DNA from: Candidatus Poribacteria bacterium
Lineage (GTDB): Bacteria; Poribacteria; WGA-4E; PCPOR2b
DNA: 64,000 bases
Reading direction: 5' to 3'
Assembly: GCA_965215015.1 (NCBI GenBank)
Contig: OZ244042.1
Span: 2,624,001 to 2,688,000, forward strand
Shown here: positions 20,784 through 29,512 of the stretch, piece by piece
Layout: every line of letters begins with the position of its first letter
Position numbering within the stretch: the stretch's first letter is position 1
Position numbers and translations under genes: made by a program
Notes under the pieces: generated by a model
Databases searched by the model: none
Seen by the model: only the letters and a program-made list of their open reading frames with translations
Told to the model about the DNA's origin: nothing

Positions 20784-21731
20784 ATGGCATATTTAATAAC
20801 AGGTGGAATGGGGTGCATTGGATCCTATGTCATTCGTGACCTTCTGAACGCCGGCGAAAAAATTATTGTGTACGATTTTGTTCCTGATTTTACAATTCCC
20901 AAGATGGTGTTGACAGAGGAACAACTTGAGCAGTTTACCTTTGTTCAAGGGGACATTACCGACCTCCCGCATGTGCTGCGAACAGTCCAAGAAAACGAAA
21001 TTGATCGGATTATCCATCTCGCATCGTGGCAGGTGCCAGCGTGCGATGCTAACCCCCCTCAAGCACTGAAAATCGTATGTGAAGGTACAATTAATATGTT
21101 TGAGGCAGCACGAATCTTGGGTCTCAAGCGGGTTGTCTGGGCAAGTAGCGTGGCAGTCTTCGGATCACCGGAAGATTATAATCACCAACAGATCAAAAAT
21201 GATGCTCCACATCACCCAAAATTCGTCTATGGGGCGTGTAAATCCATGAACGAAAGGTATGCAGCGCACTATTTTAACAACTACGGTGTAGACACAATAG
21301 GATTACGCTTTACCGCAGTTTATGGCGTCGGACGAACACGGGGAATGAGTTCGTTTTCGACGCAAATGATCGAAGCTGCCGCACTCGGACAACCCTATGT
21401 TTCTCCATTCGGCGACGATGAAATAGACTGGCAATACGTCGAAGATGTGTCCAGATCTATTGTGATGTCCTGCATCTGTCCGGCGACGAAGACCCGCGTT
21501 TTCAACGTCAAAGGTGGGATCCGTTCAGTGAAGGAAGGCGTAGCTTACTTAAAGAAGCTGGTACCCGACGCACAGATTACGGTTGAGCCGGGTGTGTTTG
21601 GAATTTCATGGGATTACGATGCAATCCCAATCGCTCAAGAGGTTGGGTTCACGCCCGAATATACGATGGAACAGGGAATCTTGAAAACGCTTAATCGCTT
21701 CCGTGAGCTGGCAGGATTGGATTCGATTTAG
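20784..21731 (+). CDS. NAD-dependent epimerase/dehydratase
   Basis: TGGMGCIG, YGACK. Confidence 0.9.
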   Translation: MAYLITGGMGCIGSYVIRDLLNAGEKIIVYDFVPDFTIPKMVLTEEQLEQFTFVQGDITDLPHVLRTVQENEIDRIIHLASWQVPACDANPPQALKIVCEGTINMFEAARILGLKRVVWASSVAVFGSPEDYNHQQIKNDAPHHPKFVYGACKSMNERYAAHYFNNYGVDTIGLRFTAVYGVGRTRGMSSFSTQMIEAAALGQPYVSPFGDDEIDWQYVEDVSRSIVMSCICPATKTRVFNVKGGIRSVKEGVAYLKKLVPDAQITVEPGVFGISWDYDAIPIAQEVGFTPEYTMEQGILKTLNRFRELAGLDSI

Positions 21732-21786
21732 GAAACGTGCCACGCTTCCTTCGCAAGAAATCGCGAACCTATCTCTATGCGAGGAA

Positions 21787-22170
21787 ATGATACTAATGAT
21801 ACTATGGTATAAGCCCCGCAACAGCACGATCAACGTCTCGCAGATATTGAGCGTCAATTGAGCACAATTGAGGTCCTAATTAGGTGTGTCCCTGCAGAAG
21901 GACACCGCGAGCGAGAGGCATTGCACACTGAATTGACGAGCCAGATTCATGAGACCCGTACAGAATTAATGGTCACATTAAGAGCGTTAGAACGGAACTG
22001 CATCAGACGCGAGATGAACTGACTCACTAAATTGGAAGCTATTGGAGGGAAGTCGCAGGGGTTCGCGTGGAACTCAACGGACGAGTAGATCAACTGAGTA
22101 ACAAAATTGATGGACCGTACAAGTGGATTATCGGCATCCTGATTGCGGTTGGAATTAAGTGTAATCGCGT
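21787..22170 (+). pseudogene. Degraded coiled-coil protein gene with C-terminal TM anchor (DUF1640-like)
   Basis: Fragments DQRLADIERQLSTIE..LHTELTSQIHETRTEL and ELNGRVDQLSNKIDGPYKWIIGILIAVGI in different frames with stops; boundaries approximate. Confidence 0.5.
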
Positions 22171-22317
22171 TTCTCCTGAAGGGTATTTTCTAAAAGAGTG
22201 TGAGAAATCTATCTTACCAGTTGCGACGCAGAAGCTGTCTTTGATCCAATCGGGTTTTCTAACTTGGAGATAATCGGTAATCCAGCCACAACAGATACAA
22301 CTATGGGAGGTCATAAA

Positions 22318-23394
22318 ATGAAATTAGGCACTTTTATGATGCCACTGCACCCCCCGGAGAAAGACCGGACGGAGTGTTTTGAAGAGGACATTGATTTAAT
22401 CGTTCTCGCTGATGAGTTGGGATTTACCGAAGCCTGGGTTGGCCAGCACCACACGGTCGCATGGGAACCCATCCCATCTAACGATGTGTTCATCGGCAAC
22501 GTATTGCCTCGCACGAAGCACATCCGCCTCGGTACCGGTGTGTCAATTATTCCGCAGCATCATCCGGTCAACACCGCAGTCCGTCTCGCGTTTCTTGATC
22601 ACCTCTCCCGTGGCCGTCTCAATTGTGGCTTTGGACAAGGCGGAGTCGCGACCGATTGGGGATTGTTTGATCTACCCGACCCAAAAACGCAAGGACTGAT
22701 GACCATAGAGGCCATTGACACTATCCTCAAGTTGTGGCAAATCGATCCACCTTTTGAATTCAAAGGGGATTTCTGGAATATAAAACTGGAAACTCTCGAT
22801 CCCGAGCGTGGAATTGGGGTACTGCTCCAGCCTTACCAGAAACCCCATCCGCCGGTCGCCATGAGCATTGTAAGAGGAAATTCTATGGCAGCCCGGACAG
22901 CCGGACAGCGCGGTTTTATACCCATAAGCACGAACCTAGTGCCGGGCATAACCCTTGAAAATCATTGGGAAACTTATTGCGCCGGTGCTGAGGATGCAGG
23001 ACTGCCCGCCCCTAATCGTTCCGACTGGCGCATCTCGCGCAGCATCTTTGTCGGAGAATCAACCGAGGAGGCATGGGAGCACGCAATCAACGGCAGCTTC
23101 ATAGGTGCGTATGATTACCTGATTACTGTTCTTACGAAGGCAAATATGCTCAATATTCTGAAGCATGACCCTGATTTCCCCGATGACGAAGTAACCCCAG
23201 AATATGTTCTCAAGAACATCTGTATCATCGGTGACGTGGCTGAGTGTATCCGTCGTCTTGAGGAGATATGGGAGCAGTCCGGTGGATTTGGCACACTGCT
23301 GATGATTACACATGACTGGGATGACAGAACCACGTGGAGACGTTCCCAAGAGTTGCTAGCGAAAGAGGTTGTCCCTGCGCTGCCAACAATTTAA
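22318..23394 (+). CDS. Luciferase-like (LLM) flavin-dependent monooxygenase
   Basis: MKLGTFMMPLHPP, WVGQHH, RLGTGV, PYQKPHPP. Confidence 0.92.
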   Translation: MKLGTFMMPLHPPEKDRTECFEEDIDLIVLADELGFTEAWVGQHHTVAWEPIPSNDVFIGNVLPRTKHIRLGTGVSIIPQHHPVNTAVRLAFLDHLSRGRLNCGFGQGGVATDWGLFDLPDPKTQGLMTIEAIDTILKLWQIDPPFEFKGDFWNIKLETLDPERGIGVLLQPYQKPHPPVAMSIVRGNSMAARTAGQRGFIPISTNLVPGITLENHWETYCAGAEDAGLPAPNRSDWRISRSIFVGESTEEAWEHAINGSFIGAYDYLITVLTKANMLNILKHDPDFPDDEVTPEYVLKNICIIGDVAECIRRLEEIWEQSGGFGTLLMITHDWDDRTTWRRSQELLAKEVVPALPTI

Positions 23395-23412
23395 GCGCAG
23401 ACAAGGAGAAGA

Positions 23413-23904
23413 ATGATGGCGTTTGATCCGATGCTCCAAAGGCAGATTATGGGCCGCTTTGCAACAGGCGTTACGGTCGTTACAACACGGTATGGCGAGC
23501 AAATTTCGGGCATGACGGCAAACGCTGTCATGTCTCTGTCGCTCGATCCACCGCTAATTGTGGTTTCCGTAGACCGCCAGAGCAATATGCACGGACACTT
23601 GACACAGGGTCAGTGTTACGCAATAAATGTGTTGAAGCAGGGCCAAGAAGATATTTCCCGTCGGTTTGCAAAACCCGGCCCCAAGGATTTTTCAGACCTA
23701 AAGCTGACTGCGGCAGAAACTGGGGCTCCCATTTTCGTTGATGCTCTTGCTTATATGGATTGTCGGGTTATTGAGGTAGCTCCCGCTGGGGATCACGATA
23801 TGTTCATCGGCAAACCTGTTGCAGGTGAGACGTATGATGGCCAGCCGCTTATCTTCTACAGTGGACAGTACGCTCAGTTGGAAGCCGCATCAATAGATTC
23901 GTAA
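23413..23904 (+). CDS. Flavin reductase family protein
   Basis: FATGVTVVT, SLSLDPP, GDH. Confidence 0.94.
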   Translation: MMAFDPMLQRQIMGRFATGVTVVTTRYGEQISGMTANAVMSLSLDPPLIVVSVDRQSNMHGHLTQGQCYAINVLKQGQEDISRRFAKPGPKDFSDLKLTAAETGAPIFVDALAYMDCRVIEVAPAGDHDMFIGKPVAGETYDGQPLIFYSGQYAQLEAASIDS

Positions 23905-24141
23905 TAGGCATCTAAAAAATGATCCTCGACCTGTTTGTTTTGTTCAGGTTGGCGAGAAGGGTCCTATTATGGCTTCGTTCCCAAGGGCATGTTGTCAGTT
24001 TTTTAACTCACCACTGCTTCTCTCCCTGATTGCTCAGCCCATCACGTCCAAGATTGCTACCCACGATACTGCTTTTAACGCGCTGCCCCTTCAAATATGG
24101 ATATTGCAGATTAAAGAAAAAATTATAGCAAGGAGATCACA

Positions 24142-25419
24142 ATGGAAAAGGTTCCAATCTGCCTAGTAGGTTGTGGTGGCATGGGGCATCGCCATGTCAT
24201 GGGCTATAAAGAGCTCAAAGATAGTGGTATCGGTAATCTCGATTTGGTAGCTGTCTGTGATATTCGACCGGAGAACGCAGAATTAGTGGCGAACGAAGCC
24301 GAGCACCTGCTTGGCAGAAGACCTATGGTTTTCAATGATTTAGATCAGGTCATCACCCACCCGAATATCGCAGCGGTGGACGTGGTCACTGACGGTTCGA
24401 CCCATCACGAGGTCGGTGTACCGGCACTTGAGGCGGGGAAGCATACGATAGTTGAAAAGCCATTGGGCATTACGGTACGTGCCTGTCAAGCGATGATTGA
24501 TGCCGCCCAGTATAGTGGTGCCATACTCGCAACGGCGGAAAATTATCGCCGGGACACACCTAACCGATTGGTGCGAGCGATTATCGATCACGGGCTGCTT
24601 GGCGATCCGTACCTTATGATCCAGACCTCTCTCGGCGGCGATGATACCATGGCAATCACCCCTTGGCGACACCTTAAGGAGAAAGGCGCGATCGGTTTGG
24701 ATATGGGGGTTCATTACGCCGACATCATCCGCTACTACATGGGTGAATACAGCCAGATTTTTGGTCGGGGGCTTATTGTTGAACCTGTGCGCCGCAAGCC
24801 AGACCACGCTGCCCATCCGCTAGTTTCCTATCGGGAACGCGCCAAAACTTACCCGGAAACCGTTGAAGCCACCGGCGAAGATTCAGTCATTGCGCTGTAC
24901 ACAATGGCATCAGGAGCTATCGTTCAACTGTCGTATGTCGGTGGAGGGCGTGGCAGTCAAGGCTGGGAGCGCAGTGTTCACGGTCGCTGGGGAGCTGTGT
25001 ACGCCCCCGGAGAACGTAACGGCAACCCAGTTGTGCTGCGTTTAGAAGGACGGGAACTGAAAGGGAAAGAAATTCTGCGGCTTCTACCTCAATTTGAACT
25101 CAACGAAATAACCGAGCGCCTTTTTGGCAAGCAGGGTGTCGAATACGAACCTCCGGCAGATGCAGCCGTTTCCGCCTTCGCGGTTGACGCCAAACATTTA
25201 GCCATTGAATACCACGACTTCGGCGAGGCAATTCGCACGGGGACACGTCCCGAAGTGGACGGTGACGGTGGCATGAAAGCGGTTGCGGCAATAGTTGGGG
25301 CATACGAATCTGCTTTGGTTAAACACTCCGTGAGTATGGAAAGCGTACTGTCCGGTGAGGTCCGGCAGTATCAAGCGGACATTGATGCCGAGCTCGGACT
25401 TGATACATCCGTAAATTAG
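24142..25419 (+). CDS. Gfo/Idh/MocA oxidoreductase
   Basis: GCGGMG, EKP, DMGVH. Confidence 0.92.
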   Translation: MEKVPICLVGCGGMGHRHVMGYKELKDSGIGNLDLVAVCDIRPENAELVANEAEHLLGRRPMVFNDLDQVITHPNIAAVDVVTDGSTHHEVGVPALEAGKHTIVEKPLGITVRACQAMIDAAQYSGAILATAENYRRDTPNRLVRAIIDHGLLGDPYLMIQTSLGGDDTMAITPWRHLKEKGAIGLDMGVHYADIIRYYMGEYSQIFGRGLIVEPVRRKPDHAAHPLVSYRERAKTYPETVEATGEDSVIALYTMASGAIVQLSYVGGGRGSQGWERSVHGRWGAVYAPGERNGNPVVLRLEGRELKGKEILRLLPQFELNEITERLFGKQGVEYEPPADAAVSAFAVDAKHLAIEYHDFGEAIRTGTRPEVDGDGGMKAVAAIVGAYESALVKHSVSMESVLSGEVRQYQADIDAELGLDTSVN

Positions 25420-25460
25420 AATTTTTTCAATCAACCGGCCATTTTAAGGAGGAGAGAACT

Positions 25461-26114
25461 ATGGGTTTCACTGTCTATGATTGCCGCAAGGACATCCGCA
25501 ATATCTTGGTGACTCCGCAGATACGGGCCCGTTTTTGTCGCATGGAGCCAGGACCGGGATCGCTTGATAAGTTTCACACCCACGATCTCGGACACGAGAT
25601 TTTTATCATTTTGTCTGGACGAGTGGAGTTCAGGATTAGCGGCGAAACCAAAGAGCTAGGGCCCGGGCAAATGTGTTACGCCCTCGCGGACGAACCTCAT
25701 TCAGTGCGGGTCCTTGGGGACGAGCCTGTGTATATGTACCTCTCGGTGACACCCCACATCCAGCCGACCCATACCCAGTATTCTGACGACGGAGAACGAC
25801 TCGCTCCCCAATTCAGACCGTCCAGCGATTATGACACAGAGACGGATTCTACCACGCCGATTGATGCCCTTATTGATCACCACGTTGATATAGCGCGGTC
25901 AGTAGCAGATATGGCGCAGAACAGTGCCCAGATACAGGGGCAGATGGCGGCTGCTCTCAAACAGGCGTTGGCGGCAGGGGATGAGAAAGCTGCTGCTGAG
26001 ATCCGAAATGTTATGTGGGAACCTTTGTTGGAGACCTTCAAAAAGGTCAATGAATTGGCGGCAGAGTGGAACACGCTCGCCCCGCGAGCAGGATCGCTTC
26101 ACACCTACCGTTAA
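25461..26114 (+). CDS. Cupin-domain protein with helical C-terminal extension
   Basis: HTH...E...H cupin metal ligands (HTHDLGHE, EPH). Confidence 0.85.
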   Translation: MGFTVYDCRKDIRNILVTPQIRARFCRMEPGPGSLDKFHTHDLGHEIFIILSGRVEFRISGETKELGPGQMCYALADEPHSVRVLGDEPVYMYLSVTPHIQPTHTQYSDDGERLAPQFRPSSDYDTETDSTTPIDALIDHHVDIARSVADMAQNSAQIQGQMAAALKQALAAGDEKAAAEIRNVMWEPLLETFKKVNELAAEWNTLAPRAGSLHTYR

Positions 26115-26140
26115 AGCCCTGAAAAACGGAGGGAAATACT

Positions 26141-27223
26141 ATGTCACTCGTACGAATTGGCGTTGTCGGATGCGGTGCAATCGCCCAAGTCCAGCATCTT
26201 CCCAATCTGCTTGAACTTGACGATGAATTTGAAGTACCCATCGTTTGCGACGTATCACCCGGACAGGCAGAATATGTAGCCCGAAGGTTCAAGGTTCCCA
26301 AATATGTGACCGATATTCGGGACATGCTAGCAGCGGACATTGACGCGGTCCTGCTCTGCCACACAGATCCCAAGACGGAGGCAGCGGTGCAAGCGTTTGA
26401 AGCAGGAAAGCATGTTTTCATCGAGAAGCCTATCTGCACCTCCTTGCAGGAAGCCGATGCGATGATTGATGCGGCGCAAAAATCGGGGAAGGTTGGTCAA
26501 GCAGGATACATGAAGGTATACGAACCCGCCTTTGAGCTAGCGAAACGTGAAGTCGATACCATGGACGAGGTCAAATTTGTGCAGACTAACCACCTGCATC
26601 CAAGCAATGAACTTCACTTGAGCCACTTCAAGGTTAAGCGGTTCAATGACCTACCGCCCGATGTCATGGAGGAACGGCAAGAAGCATCTAGAGCCGCGCG
26701 GCGCGAAGCCTTTGGGGCCCTCTTTGAGGCTGCTGAATCCTGCGGCATCGCTTATGGCCTCATCCACGACCTCTACAGTCTACGAACCATGCTAGGTGTT
26801 CCGAGCGCAGTCATCAGCACGGAGATCTGGAATGACAGCCGAGCTATAACGACTATCTTAGAATATCCTAACGGGGCACGTTGTGTCGTCAGCCGAGTTG
26901 ATCTCAACAAGTTGTGGGATTTCAAGCAGACCCTTGAGATATACAGCGAAGCCAAGCGCGTTATCCTCTCCTACCCAACCGGTTTTTCGCGTCGGGTTCT
27001 CACAAAGCTAATCGTACAGGGCATCGATGCGGAGGGAAACAGTTTCTACAAGGAGCCAGCCATCCCGTGGGAAAGTGGCTTCACCCGTGAGCTGCGCCAC
27101 TTCCGCAAGTGCATCACCCACGGCATTCCCTCACGCTCTTCAATCGTAGACGCACGCCACGATATTGCGCTCATTATTGACATCACTAAAGCGTATATCA
27201 ACCGGGTACCTGTCAGACGATAA
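26141..27223 (+). CDS. Gfo/Idh/MocA oxidoreductase
   Basis: GCGAIA, EKP, IHD. Confidence 0.92.
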   Translation: MSLVRIGVVGCGAIAQVQHLPNLLELDDEFEVPIVCDVSPGQAEYVARRFKVPKYVTDIRDMLAADIDAVLLCHTDPKTEAAVQAFEAGKHVFIEKPICTSLQEADAMIDAAQKSGKVGQAGYMKVYEPAFELAKREVDTMDEVKFVQTNHLHPSNELHLSHFKVKRFNDLPPDVMEERQEASRAARREAFGALFEAAESCGIAYGLIHDLYSLRTMLGVPSAVISTEIWNDSRAITTILEYPNGARCVVSRVDLNKLWDFKQTLEIYSEAKRVILSYPTGFSRRVLTKLIVQGIDAEGNSFYKEPAIPWESGFTRELRHFRKCITHGIPSRSSIVDARHDIALIIDITKAYINRVPVRR

Positions 27224-27237
27224 GGAGGACAAACGAT

Positions 27238-27968
27238 GGTATCACCCCCCCTAGCCCCCCCGCAAGCAGGGGGGAAATAGGCTTGCACTCAGCCACGCAG
27301 GCGAGGGGATAGAGGGGGGCTTAGGAGGCAACCCACAGGGTATCACCCCCCCTATCCCCCCCGCAAGCAAGGGGGAAATAGCCTTGCACTCAGCCCCGCG
27401 GGCGGGGGGATAGAGGGGGGCTTAGGAGGCAACCCACAGGGTATTTAGCACGGAGAGGCGCAAGCCCCGAGGCCGTTACCCTCCCAAGGGAATGCTTACG
27501 GCATCGGGGATTCACGATTTCATCGGTATCCCCCCCCCTATCCCCCCCGCAAGCAAGGGGGAAATAGGCTTGCACTCAGCCCCGCGGGCGGGGGGATAGA
27601 GGGGGGCTTAGGGGGCAACCCACAGGGTATCACCCCCCCTATCCCCCCCGCAAGCAAGGGGGAAATAGGCTTGCACTCAGCCCCGCGGGCGGGGGGATAG
27701 AGGGGGGCTTAGGAGGCAACCCACAGGGTATCACCCCCCCTATCCCCCCCGCAAGCAAGGGGGAAATAGGCTTGCACTCAGCCCCGCGGGCGGGGGGATA
27801 GAGGGGGGCTTAGGAGGCAACCCACAGGGTATCACCCCCCCTATCCCCCCCGCAAGCAAGGGGGAAAACGGTATCACCCCCCCTAGCCCCCCGCAAGCAA
27901 GGGGAAATAGGCGTGCACTCAGCCCCGCGGGCGGGGGGACTGAGGGGGGCTTAGGGGGCAACCCACAG
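27238..27968. repeat. Tandem array of ~101-bp REP-doublet units (BIME-like)
   Basis: Units start at 27238, 27339, 27525, 27626, 27727, 27828 (42-bp partial) and 27870; an 85-bp tail module interrupts at 27440 and recurs at 27969. Confidence 0.95.
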
Positions 27969-28235
27969 GGTATTTAGCAGGGAGAGGCGCAAGGCCCGAT
28001 GCCGTTACCCTCTAAAGGGAATGCTTACGGCATCGGGGATTCACCATTTCATCGGCAGAAGAACGAAGAAACGAATCCCCCTTCTCTGACGAAGGGGAAA
28101 ACGGGAAGCCGCTTCTCTCGATTTCTCGTCTCTGCGTTCCTCTTCCCCCTGCTTGCGGGGGGACTGAGGGGGGTGCGGCTATATCTATCGAAGCCGAGCA
28201 GAATTGATAAAGTTGAAATGAAAGGGAGACTAGGT

Positions 28236-29462
28236 ATGCAAGTCAATCCACAACAGTTGCTCGACCACGGCTATATCATCCTACGTGAGGTTATCCCACC
28301 GGGACAGTTAGATGAACTGCGGGCCTGTTTTGAAACGCTAGTGGAGCGACAGAAGCGGATTTGGGCGCAAGAACGCAAACCCGATGACCCACCGGGAGGT
28401 TACTGGGAAACTGCGGCACAACCGCGTGTGTTCTTCGATAGTGTCGCCGATGAGATAACCGCCAAAGCAGTGGAGTTTTGCCTACACGAAAATACTTTGG
28501 GGGTCAGCCGACAACTGATGCAGGCACAGGAGGCTTCTCCAACACTGATGGCACTGATGTGCAGCCCGGTGCAAGACCACGGCCCGGCTAGCTGGCATCG
28601 TGACATTGATCCCGTTGGGCAGGCACCGCTACGGGGTATGCAGATGGATGTGATCCAAAACGCGCCGGGTTATGTCCAATGGAATATCCCACTTTATGAT
28701 GACAGCGTGTTTTGGGTCGTACCGAAAAGCCATAAACGTCCGAACACAGAAGCGGAAAATCAACACTTGGCAACAAACGGGCGTGAACCGATTCCGGGTG
28801 GTGTGCCGGTGGAGCTGAAAGCGGGGGACGGTATCGTCTATATCCACATGATGTTGCATTGGGGGAGTAACTACAGCGCGAAGTTACGGCGGACTGTGCA
28901 TCTCGGCTATCGCTCTTTCGGCGGTCCTGTTTATCCGTTGGTTAACCACTTTTACTGGCATCCGGATTTTACGAAGCGTATGCCCCAAAAGACGCGAGAG
29001 CGGTTTGAACACTTCTATCAACTGCATGAACAGCAATGCGATGTAATTGAATCCACTTTCCGCGCCATCCTGGCCAAAGACGCGGAGACTTTCCGCAATG
29101 GCCTCGCAATACTCCATCCCGGCGAAGCATGGCGGATGGTATGCGTGGTATATCTATCAAAGTTGGTGGAAAAAACACGCACATTGAAACAACCTGATGT
29201 CGCCAATCTACCGTTCGAGGAGCGTGTGGAGGCTATTTCGGAGCACCGGCTCAACTTCTATCTTTTTGAAGATTTTTCTCGTCGTTTCTCAGAAGAAGAA
29301 GCCGACCTCCTCTGGGGTCGGTTTCGGACGCTTTACAACAAAATTCAGGAGGAGATAGACCGGTCTGTTCCCAAATTGGAGTCTCGGCAAGACCGGTACA
29401 TGCTGACTGACATGCCTGCCAATTTCGATGTGGAGGCCTTTATCGCCAGTTGGGACGCGTAA
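28236..29462 (+). CDS. Phytanoyl-CoA dioxygenase (PhyH) family Fe/2OG enzyme
   Basis: WHRD, VPKSH, LKAGD, LHWG; ORF extension upstream of 28236 is repeat-derived. Confidence 0.88.
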   Translation: MQVNPQQLLDHGYIILREVIPPGQLDELRACFETLVERQKRIWAQERKPDDPPGGYWETAAQPRVFFDSVADEITAKAVEFCLHENTLGVSRQLMQAQEASPTLMALMCSPVQDHGPASWHRDIDPVGQAPLRGMQMDVIQNAPGYVQWNIPLYDDSVFWVVPKSHKRPNTEAENQHLATNGREPIPGGVPVELKAGDGIVYIHMMLHWGSNYSAKLRRTVHLGYRSFGGPVYPLVNHFYWHPDFTKRMPQKTRERFEHFYQLHEQQCDVIESTFRAILAKDAETFRNGLAILHPGEAWRMVCVVYLSKLVEKTRTLKQPDVANLPFEERVEAISEHRLNFYLFEDFSRRFSEEEADLLWGRFRTLYNKIQEEIDRSVPKLESRQDRYMLTDMPANFDVEAFIASWDA

Positions 29463-29512
29463 GTGAAATGGATACCGTGTATTCAGAGCACTTTCCCATT
29501 TTGGCGTGTTTG

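Noticed and set aside
27238-27968. CRISPR array
   Set aside because: Whole 101-bp units are near-identical, with no unique spacers and no cas genes.
28086-28100. Hammerhead ribozyme (CTGACGA...GAAA; also near 3245)
   Set aside because: Only about 4 nt separate the two core motifs, so stem II cannot form.
27999-28235. N-terminal extension of PhyH ORF and small ORFs at 27046-27961
   Set aside because: These are translations of repeat DNA (PLLAGG.RG pattern).
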